From Patescibacteria group bacterium (GTDB taxonomy: Bacteria > Patescibacteriota > Minisyncoccia > Ryanbacterales > GWA2-47-10b): DNA of 64,000 nt. A program made the translations under genes and the position numbers. Below, piece by piece: positions 28,426-36,988 of the stretch. The stretch is taken from assembly GCA_038065475.1 (NCBI GenBank), contig JBBTQY010000001.1, forward strand, positions 26,145 through 90,144, read 5' to 3'. Below the pieces are notes generated by a model. That model saw only the letters and a program-made list of their open reading frames with translations, made no database searches and was not told the DNA's origin. Positions within the stretch are counted from its first letter, which is position 1, and each line of letters opens with the position of its first letter.

Positions 28426-29019
28426 CTACTGCCAGTAGCCGCAGGTTTCTTTGCATTCCTTGAGAAGGGCGGCGCACTTCGAACTGTTCTTCTTCTGCCA
28501 GACGCACTGACCGTACGCCTTCATGTTGGTCATGTTCTCGTAGGCCTTGCACTCGTCTGAGCACGCAGGCGCTGGCGGCGCCTCACACGCCAACTCCTTC
28601 ACATCGAGAACGGCGACCTCATTCCATGCGTAGTTGGGACACCAACCGACACCGTACAGACCGAGGCGAGCAAAGTGCTTGCCCGCGGGCAGTACACATT
28701 GGAACTCGAGGATCTTGATCTCGTCCTGATCGAACCAGACCCCCTCGTTCTGCACCTTGCATGAGGTCTCGCCGCCATTATAGAAAACTTCGAGTAGCAC
28801 GACGAAGTCCGCGCCCACTCCGCGGTTCTCGATCCACGCCTTGCAGACCGACACATCGCCCGCACTTGCGGGGACGCACTCGGTCCGGTGATGCTGGAGC
28901 GGCGAGCAAAGCGCATCACCACAGGTCGCGCTGGCGAAGGAGGCGAACACGCCGAAGATGAGTGCCGCCAGCAACGAAACTGCTGACCGGACCCAGCGCC
29001 CTCTCTTGATTCTTTTCAT
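28426..29019 (-). CDS. secreted Cys-rich protein (paralog 2)
   Basis: Signal peptide. Colinear with paralog 1 (TECVP/TTCVP, GLYGVGWCP/GMYGQNGCT) and ends …CKETCGYWQ. GC-rich. Confidence 0.55.
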   Translation of the reverse strand: MKRIKRGRWVRSAVSLLAALIFGVFASFASATCGDALCSPLQHHRTECVPASAGDVSVCKAWIENRGVGADFVVLLEVFYNGGETSCKVQNEGVWFDQDEIKILEFQCVLPAGKHFARLGLYGVGWCPNYAWNEVAVLDVKELACEAPPAPACSDECKAYENMTNMKAYGQCVWQKKNSSKCAALLKECKETCGYWQ

Positions 29020-29195
29020 AGCGTCACCCCAAATTGTTACAGAATATCTCTGTAACGCCCGAATCGTCGGGTCCGCGGTTATGAGTTAGAGTAGAATATA
29101 TTGTCAACGAACGTATTAATGAATATCAAGAAATCGTCGTTTTGTCAATAATTTATCTGGCGCAGTTTTTAAAAATCCTACATACTAAGATACAT

Positions 29196-29984
29196 ATGCA
29201 AAGCTATTTTATCGCAACGCTTTTAGGACTCATACAGGGGTTTACTGAATTTCTTCCCGTCTCCTCTACTGGGCATCTCATCGTTTTTGAAAACTTTTTT
29301 GGCATTGCCGCCTCAGATGCCGTGCCGTTTGATGTAGCGGTACACTTGGCCACCGTACTTGCCGTCATCTGGTACTTTCGTGCCGATTGGATACATCTGG
29401 TCAAATCATTTACTTCACGCATTGATACGCGCGGTAGGCAGCTGTTGCTAAATATTATTTTGGGTACGATACCTGCGGGTATTGCGGGTATTTTATTTGA
29501 AGAAACCATCACCAATACTTTTCGCACACAAATGGCGGTCGCCATAGGACTGATTGCGGGTAGCGCACTCATTGCTGGCGCCGAATATATGCGCCATCGC
29601 AAAAATCGCGACAGCGGCATGATCTTGCCCTATGAGGGCTTTATCATTGGTATTTTTCAGGCGATCGCTCTCTTTCCAGGCATTTCGCGCTCAGGGGCGA
29701 CTATCTCTGGTGGATTGCTCTTGGGTAAAACGCGCACCGAAGCTACTCATTTTTCTTTTTTGCTCTCAACGCCCATCATTTTGGCGGCGGGCCTCAGAAC
29801 GCTTGCCAGCAAACCTGAAATCATCATCACAGGCCCCAATATTTTTGGATTTATCGCCGCGTTTATCTCTGCTATTGCCGCCATCAATCTCATCAGCCGC
29901 ATTGCCGAGCGCTCAACACTCATGCCGTTCGTCTACTATCGCCTCGCACTCGCGGGGGTGATTATTCTCTCCTTGACTTTTTAG
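29196..29984 (+). CDS. uppP: undecaprenyl-diphosphatase
   Basis: GFTEFLPVSSTGHL signature plus the second conserved PGISRSGATI region. I start at the internal Met at 29196 rather than the ORF-track start at 29142. Confidence 0.85.
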   Translation: MQSYFIATLLGLIQGFTEFLPVSSTGHLIVFENFFGIAASDAVPFDVAVHLATVLAVIWYFRADWIHLVKSFTSRIDTRGRQLLLNIILGTIPAGIAGILFEETITNTFRTQMAVAIGLIAGSALIAGAEYMRHRKNRDSGMILPYEGFIIGIFQAIALFPGISRSGATISGGLLLGKTRTEATHFSFLLSTPIILAAGLRTLASKPEIIITGPNIFGFIAAFISAIAAINLISRIAERSTLMPFVYYRLALAGVIILSLTF

Positions 29985-30048
29985 ATAAAAGTTGTAAAAA
30001 TATTTCCAGCTCCAAACGTCCTTCCACGCAAACAAAAGGAGAACACGC

Positions 30049-30558
30049 GTGACCGATGAAGACAATATCAAGCCGAAGTTCCTCACGAAAGACGTTGCGG
30101 AAACCGCCACCGATAGGGTCATCGCGATGGCCACACGCGACTTCCCCCTCAAGCGACAAGACTGCCACATCGTGGTGCTCGCTCCGTCTATGGAACAAGA
30201 CTCCATGTGGCCGAACTACAACATCACACCATTCGTCCTCTACGAGAAAAGCGTCGGCGCAAGAAGTGAATGGCAACACTCTTACGACGTGATTGCACGG
30301 CGCAAAGCGGCGCAACTCTGGCAAGAGCGCAACGACGGCCGCACCGACTGCATGCCGCATCTGCTCTTCCCCGGTGACACGCCCTACTGGGGTGGCGTGG
30401 AGCGAGATGGCATCGTCGTCGCCTGCTCCGGCTTCCAAGCCTGGTTCGATAAAATGGTCGCTGGCATGATCGCCGATGCATGCATCGCACTCGCCTACAA
30501 TCTCTGGGTGGAAAGCGACGACAAGCGCAAGGGTCTCGACTTCCTCTCACGATTCTGA
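30049..30558 (+). CDS. hypothetical protein (GC-rich island)
   Basis: GTG start preceded by AAAGGAGA at optimal spacing. Terminator immediately downstream. No recognisable family. Confidence 0.5.
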   Translation: MTDEDNIKPKFLTKDVAETATDRVIAMATRDFPLKRQDCHIVVLAPSMEQDSMWPNYNITPFVLYEKSVGARSEWQHSYDVIARRKAAQLWQERNDGRTDCMPHLLFPGDTPYWGGVERDGIVVACSGFQAWFDKMVAGMIADACIALAYNLWVESDDKRKGLDFLSRF

Positions 30559-30570
30559 CCAACACACCAA

Positions 30571-30603
30571 CCTCGCCACGAACCGTGGCGAGGGCTTTTT
30601 TAT
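30571..30603 (+). terminator. rho-independent terminator (bidirectional; overlaps the DedA stop)
   Basis: Hairpin cctcgccacgaaccgtggcgagg followed by a TTTTTTAT run. Confidence 0.55.
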
Positions 30604-31211
30604 TTATTTCGTTTTTTATGCGCCAAATACTCGCGCCCTATGTGAAATACACCCGGCAGCATTGAGATAGTAATGATGACTAAAATAATTGGCAGTAGAT
30701 ACTGATCGACACCGGGTACAAATGCACCCAAGAAATACCCGAGAAGCGGCATGCCAATAGCCCACAACACTGCGCCGACAACATTGTAAAACAAAAAAGT
30801 TGGGTAATGCATATGGCCCACGCCCGCAACAATGGGCGCAAACGTACGAATCACGGGCGTGAAGCGCGCAAGCACCAAGGTCTTGGGCCCATGCTCTTTG
30901 AAAAATGCCTCGGCACGACGCACATGATCTTTGTGAAAGAAAATAGAATCTTCTTTTTTGAAAATGTGCGGCCCCACTCGCCTGCCAAACGCATAGCCTA
31001 CGTTGTCACCCAAGATTGCCGCTGAAAACACAAGCGGCACCAGAAACCAGATATTGAGAAAATCTTGCGAGGCCAAAAATCCTGCGGTAAAGAGCAATGA
31101 ATCACCTGGTAGAAAAAAACCTATGAAGAGGCCTGATTCGGCAAAGACAATAAAAAACAAACCGATATATCCGGCTGTCTTGATTAAAAATACAGGCTCG
31201 AGAAAACTCAT
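30600..31211 (-). CDS. DedA/VTT-domain family membrane protein
   Basis: …FAESGLFIGFFLPGDSLLFTAG… is the characteristic DedA motif. Confidence 0.8.
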   Translation of the reverse strand: MSFLEPVFLIKTAGYIGLFFIVFAESGLFIGFFLPGDSLLFTAGFLASQDFLNIWFLVPLVFSAAILGDNVGYAFGRRVGPHIFKKEDSIFFHKDHVRRAEAFFKEHGPKTLVLARFTPVIRTFAPIVAGVGHMHYPTFLFYNVVGAVLWAIGMPLLGYFLGAFVPGVDQYLLPIILVIITISMLPGVFHIGREYLAHKKRNK

Positions 31212-31283
31212 AGAGTTACTGAGCTTAGTGTAGCAGGAAAATACTTTCGTAAAAAAGAAAAAAGCGGCGGGTGAACCCGGCCG

Positions 31284-31811
31284 CTACGGCAACGTGCAAA
31301 TGGCGATGATGAACACCACGTAGTGTGCTGTGAGCATGCCGCCGGGTACGACACCCAGCGCCTTGAGCCTTGCATCGTATGTCTGACACCCCTTCGCTTG
31401 ATATTCTCGATAACTCGACGGAATGAAGAGAGCGCCCAAGAGCGCACCCGCCACCGTGATACCGAGAGCAAACTGCGGCGCCGTCCAGAAGAGAAAGGTG
31501 GGCCACACAAGCACGATCAAGCTGATAGTGCCCATGACGAGCGCTGGCCGCAAGATACGCCAGCATGTTGCGATGAATGCCGCTGTAGCCCTGCGGGGCC
31601 GCGTGATGTACTGGCGTCGAGCATAGCGAAGTACCTTCTTGCCCCGGCGCCAACCATGGCGCAGAGGAATTCGCATCACACGAAACGGTCGCGTAACCCA
31701 TGTATGCCGTAGTGAATGGTTGTCTGCCATCCAGACAAAACCTCCAAACACCGCACACGCCATGGCAGCTGCAAGTATCAACCCGAACCCCCAAAAGAAC
31801 GTTGGCTTCAC
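31284..31811 (-). CDS. hypothetical membrane protein (GC-rich island)
   Basis: Hydrophobic segments alternating with basic loops. GGAGG SD upstream. I prefer this over the alternate-frame ORF 31225..31854, which has Cys/His/Arg-rich wrong-frame composition. Confidence 0.4.
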   Translation of the reverse strand: MKPTFFWGFGLILAAAMACAVFGGFVWMADNHSLRHTWVTRPFRVMRIPLRHGWRRGKKVLRYARRQYITRPRRATAAFIATCWRILRPALVMGTISLIVLVWPTFLFWTAPQFALGITVAGALLGALFIPSSYREYQAKGCQTYDARLKALGVVPGGMLTAHYVVFIIAICTLP

Positions 31812-31872
31812 AAGAGACCTCCTCGGTTAGGTAATCTGTGTTAGAGGTTAGCAAAAAATCTATAGTAAAACA

Positions 31873-31897
31873 AAAACCCTCGCATGCGAGGGTTTTT
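31873..31897 (-). terminator. bidirectional rho-independent terminator
   Basis: Perfect palindrome aaaaaccctcgcatgcgagggttttt. Confidence 0.5.
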
Positions 31898-31910
31898 GTT
31901 TTGTTACCGC

Positions 31911-32114
31911 TTAGCGGCGGAAGCCGCCTCCACCACCACCTGTGCGAGGTTGGCGATTGCGGTTACAGTCGCGGCAGAAGATGCGGCCGTAAGTTCCATC
32001 ATCACGCTTTGTGGGCGCAAACGGAAGCTCGGTCACAGCGTTGCCACAGCTTGCGCACGTGATTCCCAATGATGTGACATCGTGAATCTGGCGCGCTGGT
32101 CGTTGCATATCCAT
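31911..32114 (-). CDS. small C4 zinc-ribbon protein with Gly/Arg tail
   Basis: CASCG…(19 aa)…CRDC and a C-terminal GGGGGGFRR. Confidence 0.4.
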   Translation of the reverse strand: MDMQRPARQIHDVTSLGITCASCGNAVTELPFAPTKRDDGTYGRIFCRDCNRNRQPRTGGGGGGFRR

Positions 32115-32244
32115 GTGAATGTGCCGTTGCCTAGTTTTCTTTATAATCTCTCCTTCCGGCTAGGCAAACGACTTCTTGTTTCTCAAACTCTGAAAATTGC
32201 CTAATCGTTGAGTGCATTCATTGTGCCACCCACACCCAGAGAGG

Positions 32245-32835
32245 TCAAACACCAACGTGCACAAGTGCAAGAAGTGCCCAGATACCAATCGTATTGAGCA
32301 CGAAAGATATGATTAAAAATGTTTTATTACTCATGCGCGAGAGACCTAAAAGCCCTACGCCCAGCTCGTCCGGTAGCGGTGAGGCAACAATAATTGCGCC
32401 GATAACGGGCGTAATCATACTAAAATAGCGCGAACGAAATACGTGCAAAATATGGAACCTCTTTATACCACCGAAAAGATGTTTGAGATCTTCTGCGAGG
32501 CCGTCTCGTACAAATCGAAAGATAAAATAATCACCTAGCGAGGCACCAAAACCCGCGCATAAGGCAGTTAGAAATATACTATCAAGCTCGCTACCCAAGA
32601 GTATCAACGCCGCCGATGCGGGTATGACAGTAAATGAGCTTACAAACGCCATCCCTACAGCAAACACGCTTATATACCCATACCCGTCAATATGCGTAAT
32701 AACATATTGAAAAATGTGTGCCTGCCAAAACGCCCACGTCAGCACAACGCTCGCAAGAAATGCGGTAACGTTATGATAAATATACCGATGATGATTATTT
32801 GACTTCATTGGGTTTTTTCTGCCACAAAAGGGCAC
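32245..32835 (-). CDS. hypothetical polytopic membrane protein
   Basis: ~5 TM helices. Start may be the internal Met at ~32808. Confidence 0.45.
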   Translation of the reverse strand: MPFCGRKNPMKSNNHHRYIYHNVTAFLASVVLTWAFWQAHIFQYVITHIDGYGYISVFAVGMAFVSSFTVIPASAALILLGSELDSIFLTALCAGFGASLGDYFIFRFVRDGLAEDLKHLFGGIKRFHILHVFRSRYFSMITPVIGAIIVASPLPDELGVGLLGLSRMSNKTFLIISFVLNTIGIWALLALVHVGV

Positions 32836-33013
32836 GACTCAGCACCATACCTACCGCAACACCTATCAAAAATCCACCGATAGCGGCAGGTGTTTGTAAT
32901 GGTACTGCAGCCACTGGGGGCTCTTCGTGCGGTTCATCAGACGCGTGCGCACTCAGAGTCAACGGCACCGCAAGTACCGTCACCATAAAACATACGCCAA
33001 AAAACTTTTTCAT
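32795..33013 (-). CDS. small exported/anchored protein
   Basis: 72 aa with a signal peptide and a C-terminal TM. 4-bp overlap with the upstream gene. Confidence 0.4.
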   Translation of the reverse strand: MKKFFGVCFMVTVLAVPLTLSAHASDEPHEEPPVAAVPLQTPAAIGGFLIGVAVGMVLSRALLWQKKPNEVK

Positions 33014-33525
33014 AGTATTTTTTTATAGACAACAAAGCGCGCGAATACAAATCCAACTATCAAGCCGGCTATCGCAGCGTAAATCAAAGCGATAGCATCA
33101 CTCGCCTGCTCTCGAGGCTGTATGTCGAGCAAATAATCTTCAGCGTGAAAGATTTTTTTAGGCTCATCCGCAAACGCAAAATCAATATAGATCTCATGAA
33201 ATCCTTCTTCGGTAAAATCATAGGTATACCCCACGGTCGAGCGTTCAGCTTTGATGTCGCGTTCTTCAAAAATAAATTGCGGCTCGTCCCCCGGGCTTGC
33301 GAGTCGCGCTACACGTATATGCATAATTGCATCGTGATCAAGTACATTGCCTGACTTGATGTCTGATATTGAGATAAGAAGCTTGGTGGGTGTGCCTACA
33401 CGCGGTGTGAATGGCGCGCGCGACATGGTGACAATATATTTGCCATCAACCACACGCTGCTCGCCACCATGCGCACCCGCCAAAAACGGCAGAACAAAAA
33501 ATAGCGCGAAAAATATTTTTTTCAT
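33010..33525 (-). CDS. YtkA/FixH-like exported β-sandwich protein with C-terminal TM anchor
   Basis: Signal peptide. …PRVGTPTKLLISISDIKSGNVLDHDAIMHIRVA… resembles the repeats in the periplasmic domain of 8155..10083. C-terminal TM. Confidence 0.45.
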   Translation of the reverse strand: MKKIFFALFFVLPFLAGAHGGEQRVVDGKYIVTMSRAPFTPRVGTPTKLLISISDIKSGNVLDHDAIMHIRVARLASPGDEPQFIFEERDIKAERSTVGYTYDFTEEGFHEIYIDFAFADEPKKIFHAEDYLLDIQPREQASDAIALIYAAIAGLIVGFVFARFVVYKKIL

Positions 33526-34181
33526 TAGTATTCCTTGCCCGTCATCTGGGGCACATATTCGGGGCCCTTATCACGATAGCGATCAATGAAATCTTGTACG
33601 CGCACAGCATCAAAACTGCCATCGGCATTGAGATTGAACGTATCGAGCCGATTCCATGCAGCCAAAGCTACGTCAGTTTCATTAGCATTTCTGATGCTTA
33701 CTACTATGCGCACATTGTCACGTGCGATTGCCTTGAGTGCCTCTTTGGTGCTCTCGGGAATACTTGATTTATAGGAAATCCAAATGCGACCGTGCTCGAG
33801 CGAATGCACTACGCCCTCTTCGGGCAATTCTTTGTCATAAACCCCGTCACGCTGAGGGTCGGGCCAGTGCGGGCCTGATGTGGGCGGGTTTGATTTCCAA
33901 GTGGTTGTCTTTTCACCTTCTGTTGTATGATCGCTTCCAGCATCTTCAGTAGCGCGCGAATAATCAGTACCCAATTCACGAGCCTCTGGCAATGAACGGT
34001 AGATAAAATACCCGCCAGAGACAACAAGCAATACAATCAAAACCCAAAAGCCAATCTTTTTTGCTTTGCGCATTTGTACGCGGCGCAGCGCTGCGGCATC
34101 ACGCGCGGCGCGCTCTGCCATGCGCTGGTCTTTTTTAGTTGGCCCCTCTGCTATTTGAGGTTGTATTTGCTCATCTTCCAT
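33525..34181 (-). CDS. DUF3105-domain membrane-anchored protein
   Basis: …SGPHWPDPQRDGVYDKELPEEGVVHSLEHGRIWISYKS… matches the DUF3105 signature. Confidence 0.7.
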   Translation of the reverse strand: MEDEQIQPQIAEGPTKKDQRMAERAARDAAALRRVQMRKAKKIGFWVLIVLLVVSGGYFIYRSLPEARELGTDYSRATEDAGSDHTTEGEKTTTWKSNPPTSGPHWPDPQRDGVYDKELPEEGVVHSLEHGRIWISYKSSIPESTKEALKAIARDNVRIVVSIRNANETDVALAAWNRLDTFNLNADGSFDAVRVQDFIDRYRDKGPEYVPQMTGKEY

Positions 34182-34199
34182 AGAAACCAGTATATAAAA

Positions 34200-34991
34200 T
34201 CACGGGCCGAAAAGCGAGTTTTGCTTTTTGACTCTTGGTTTTTTGCCAAGCGGCTTCAAGGCCTTTTCTGCCTCAGCGCGATACAAGCAATATTGGCAAC
34301 CGCCGCCTGATGGTGGCAACTCGTCGCCGGAAAACGCTTGATGAATAGCTTTGATGGTGCCTTCAAGCCATGAGTCATCGCCTATGTACGGGATAATCTT
34401 TACATCAAATTCAAGCTTGGCATCAAACGCCGCGCGGTCACGCTTGCCATTGGCGTACACAAAATAACCAGTATTGGAAACTTTGAAACCAACGCGACGC
34501 AACAACCACTGATAGATCTCCATCTGACGCTTATAGCCATCTTGCCATTCGGCATCAAGAGTTACCTCGGTATCTTTGCTGGTAGCTTTGTAATCAACCA
34601 CGTGGAGTTCGCCCTTGGGGTTTACCCAAATATCATCAACGGCTCCTGTGATAATAAAGTTGGTCGGCTCGTGATGATACTGCACTCCCACAAAGTTCTC
34701 GCGCCACCTGTCTATCTCCGGGTGATCAAAAGGAATAGCATCAACACCATAATGTTCCATGAGCGGATGCGCGTTGCCACGCGCCCGATGCACATCAAAT
34801 TCTTTTTTGAGCAAATGATCAACCGCGCTGTTGAGATTAAATGGATACCCATCAGGCTCGGAGACACCCAAACGCCTATCAAGATATGAACAGCGCGGGC
34901 AGCGCATATAATTTTCGATCTTTGAGCGCGAGAGTCGAAAAGGAGCCGAAGATTTGGGATCGTAAATATTTGATCTACGCCTGACAGCCAT
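34200..34991 (-). CDS. PD-(D/E)XK nuclease, Cas4-like with Cys cluster (stand-alone)
   Basis: N-terminal CPRCSY, core GAVDDIW…ELHVVDYKAT (D…E-x-K), and C-terminal CQYC. No CRISPR or cas genes nearby. Confidence 0.7.
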   Translation of the reverse strand: MAVRRRSNIYDPKSSAPFRLSRSKIENYMRCPRCSYLDRRLGVSEPDGYPFNLNSAVDHLLKKEFDVHRARGNAHPLMEHYGVDAIPFDHPEIDRWRENFVGVQYHHEPTNFIITGAVDDIWVNPKGELHVVDYKATSKDTEVTLDAEWQDGYKRQMEIYQWLLRRVGFKVSNTGYFVYANGKRDRAAFDAKLEFDVKIIPYIGDDSWLEGTIKAIHQAFSGDELPPSGGGCQYCLYRAEAEKALKPLGKKPRVKKQNSLFGP

Positions 34992-35458
34992 TAGATTGAT
35001 TTTTGATCAGCCAATACTTGATCTGCATGCTCTTTGGGTTTTACCTCACTATACATCTTGGCGATCTTGCCCTCAGGATTTATGAGAAACGACATACGCC
35101 TCGTACCCATATACGTGCGCCCCATAAATTTCTTCTCACCCCACACACCATACGCCTCTACCATTTTTTTGTCAGTATCGGCTAAAAGTGGAAATGGCAA
35201 CTGATACTTTCGGGCAAATTTTTCATGCGAAGTAATCGAGTCAGTGGATACTCCCAATATCGCTATCTTTGATTTTTTAAAATCAGTAAAACTATCACGA
35301 ATAGTACACGCCTCGGTGGTGCATCCCGGAGTATCGTCTTTGGGATAGAAATAAATCAGCAACCACTTGCCCACATAATCTTTGAGCGAGTGGTTGGTGC
35401 CCGACTGATCGGGCAAATTAAATGCTGGCGCTTTAGATCCTTCTTTGAGTTGTGCCAT
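34991..35458 (-). CDS. bcp: thiol peroxidase / peroxiredoxin Bcp
   Basis: FYPKDDTPGCTTEAC active-site motif. Internal Met at 35458 chosen as start. Confidence 0.85.
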   Translation of the reverse strand: MAQLKEGSKAPAFNLPDQSGTNHSLKDYVGKWLLIYFYPKDDTPGCTTEACTIRDSFTDFKKSKIAILGVSTDSITSHEKFARKYQLPFPLLADTDKKMVEAYGVWGEKKFMGRTYMGTRRMSFLINPEGKIAKMYSEVKPKEHADQVLADQKSI

Positions 35459-35463
35459 GCTCC

Positions 35464-35661
35464 TTAGTGTAGCGAGATCAGCGAAGAAAACCAACCCGAG
35501 CGAATACCGCTACGCTCAAGACGTGCGAGCTGCCTCGTGAGCATGCGATGACGCTCAGCATCTTTGCGATATGGTCTGCCGCGTAAGATCTTGATATCAA
35601 TGCGATCATTGACCCGGCCAATCTCGTGAACGATGCTTTTGTGAAGTTGTGTTTTGCTCAT
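35464..35661 (-). CDS. hypothetical small basic protein in the lexA operon
   Basis: 65 aa, sandwiched between lexA and bcp with 5–10 nt gaps. Confidence 0.35.
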   Translation of the reverse strand: MSKTQLHKSIVHEIGRVNDRIDIKILRGRPYRKDAERHRMLTRQLARLERSGIRSGWFSSLISLH

Positions 35662-35670
35662 ATAGATGGG

Positions 35671-36240
35671 TTAGCGATATTTTCTGATAATGCCGGTTAC
35701 GACCGCGCCGATGTTGAGTGATTCTTCGGCAAATATTGGTTTGAAATTTCTATTTGCAGGCTCGAGATACGTAGCACCATTTTTCTTGCGTAAATATTTC
35801 ATGGTCCATCCGCCATCAACTTCAGCTATGACGATATCTCCCTCTTTCGCGGCTCTACCGTGCTCTGCTACTACCAAATCACCATCGCGTATACCTGCCT
35901 CAATCATCGAATCGCCTTTTACAGTCAGTACATACGTATGTTCGCGATTTCTGATCAAAAGTTGATCGATACTGATCATTTCGGCTGCTTCTTCGGCGAG
36001 CGACGGGATGCCAGCTTCTACTACACCAAGCATTTTAACTTCACCGAGCATGCTGGTGGGCACCAGGCGCCCTTGCGAATCTTTGTCGAGCACGCCCATC
36101 CCTATCAATTTATCAACTACTTTGGAGACAGCGTTTTTTGATTTGAAGCCCAATATGGCAGCAATCTCGCCATAACTTGGCATGCGCCGATTGCCTTCAT
36201 AAAAGTTTAAAATTTTTGATTTGTAACGCTCAATACTCAT
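35671..36240 (-). CDS. lexA: LexA repressor
   Basis: N-terminal winged HTH and C-terminal S24 peptidase domain (VKGDSMIEAGI, …KYLRK…). Internal Met MSIERYK taken as start. Confidence 0.85.
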   Translation of the reverse strand: MSIERYKSKILNFYEGNRRMPSYGEIAAILGFKSKNAVSKVVDKLIGMGVLDKDSQGRLVPTSMLGEVKMLGVVEAGIPSLAEEAAEMISIDQLLIRNREHTYVLTVKGDSMIEAGIRDGDLVVAEHGRAAKEGDIVIAEVDGGWTMKYLRKKNGATYLEPANRNFKPIFAEESLNIGAVVTGIIRKYR

Positions 36241-36253
36241 GCAATTATCATAA

Positions 36254-36269
36254 GTGAACGGTCGTTCAC
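36254..36269. promoter_or_regulatory. LexA box (Cheo-box type GAAC-N4-GTTC), autoregulatory
   Basis: Perfect palindrome GTGAACGGTCGTTCAC 14 nt upstream of the lexA start codon. Confidence 0.6.
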
Positions 36270-36380
36270 CGCGCAAGACGTAACACACAAAAAGTTGTGG
36301 ACAACTGCGTGTATCTTTACAAAAAAGCTCATGTGTGATTTGGTAAAGAAGAACCGCAACTTACAACGAAAGGAGCAGCG

Positions 36381-36497
36381 ATGCCTCACACAGATAGAGA
36401 ATCAGGCTCACCGTACGTGCGGCTCGCCGCCATTGTACTGGGAGTAGTGGTAGTTGCCTGTGTGGCTACTAGGGTCATCATGGCATTTGTGCGCTAG
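36381..36497 (+). CDS. tiny hydrophobic peptide 1 (38 aa)
   Basis: Hand-translated as MPHTDRESGSPYVRLAAIVLGVVVVACVATRVIMAFVR. AAAGGAG SD at 36374–36380. Confidence 0.35.
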   Translation: MPHTDRESGSPYVRLAAIVLGVVVVACVATRVIMAFVR

Positions 36498-36505
36498 GAG
36501 GAGAG

Positions 36506-36730
36506 ATGGCCGCAAAGGTCGTAAAACTCAATCCGGATCGATTTCGCCCCAAGCACGCCTCTGGCAAACCGAAGAGATGGAAACCCGTCAGCAACATGGT
36601 GGCGCGACGCAAGAAAGCCAAAGCGACAAAAGGCAGAGAGTTCTTTCTCTATGTACTGATCGCAGCACTCGTGTGCCTGATCCTTTCTGGCGTCACTCGA
36701 GATCTCTTTCCCCCGCTGTTCGGCCGCTGA
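36506..36730 (+). CDS. small basic protein with C-terminal TM (74 aa)
   Basis: GGAGGAGAG immediately upstream of the ATG. Lys/Arg-rich N-terminus, then a TM helix. Confidence 0.45.
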   Translation: MAAKVVKLNPDRFRPKHASGKPKRWKPVSNMVARRKKAKATKGREFFLYVLIAALVCLILSGVTRDLFPPLFGR

Positions 36731-36751
36731 TATATCACGGAGGACAATCGG

Positions 36752-36856
36752 ATGCACAAAGCGTACATTGTACCTTTGGTGATCGTCGTTGTCGGCTTCC
36801 TCTGGGTGAGACACGACTCGCGGCCGAGAGGCAAACGCGACGAGAATGACTCGTGA
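36752..36856 (+). CDS. tiny hydrophobic peptide 3 (34 aa)
   Basis: MHKAYIVPLVIVVVGFLWVRHDSRPRGKRDENDS, with a GGAGGA SD. Confidence 0.35.
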   Translation: MHKAYIVPLVIVVVGFLWVRHDSRPRGKRDENDS

Positions 36857-36863
36857 CTCTCGC

Positions 36864-36950
36864 AATGTGGGCAATGCTGTGCGCCACGACAGCGCAAGCA
36901 GCACTGCTCATCTACGCTTTCGTGAAAGACTGGCGCGACCCGCCGCCCTG
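36864..36950 (+). CDS. tiny hydrophobic peptide 4 (28 aa)
   Basis: MWAMLCATTAQAALLIYAFVKDWRDPPP, followed directly by a terminator. Confidence 0.3.
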
Positions 36951-36952
36951 AC

Positions 36953-36988
36953 CCCCAAGCACTCGATGCTTGGGGGGATTTTTTATTC
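36953..36988 (+). terminator. rho-independent terminator
   Basis: cccccaagcactcgatgcttgggggg hairpin followed by a TTTTTTAT run. Confidence 0.55.

Noticed and set aside
28072-28922. Arg-rich ORFs (28072..28359, 28599..28922, 28761..28961) within the Cys-rich paralog region
   Set aside because: They are off-frame or antisense products of the GC-rich coding sequence. The in-frame genes have signal peptides and SDs.
29962-30438. 158-aa minus-strand ORF, and 30224..30565 (113 aa)
   Set aside because: They are antisense to the SD-preceded plus-strand gene 30049..30558, and their Arg/His-rich composition is wrong-frame-like.
31225-31854. 209-aa ORF in an alternate frame overlapping 31284..31811
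   Set aside because: Its Cys/His/Arg-rich composition is typical of an off-frame reading of GC-rich DNA. The overlapping frame gives a plausible membrane protein with a GGAGG SD.
36454-36904. 131-aa and 136-aa overlapping ORFs across the tiny-peptide cassette
   Set aside because: They span several SD-ATG-stop mini-units and have Arg-rich, wrong-frame composition. I prefer the four short SD-preceded ORFs.
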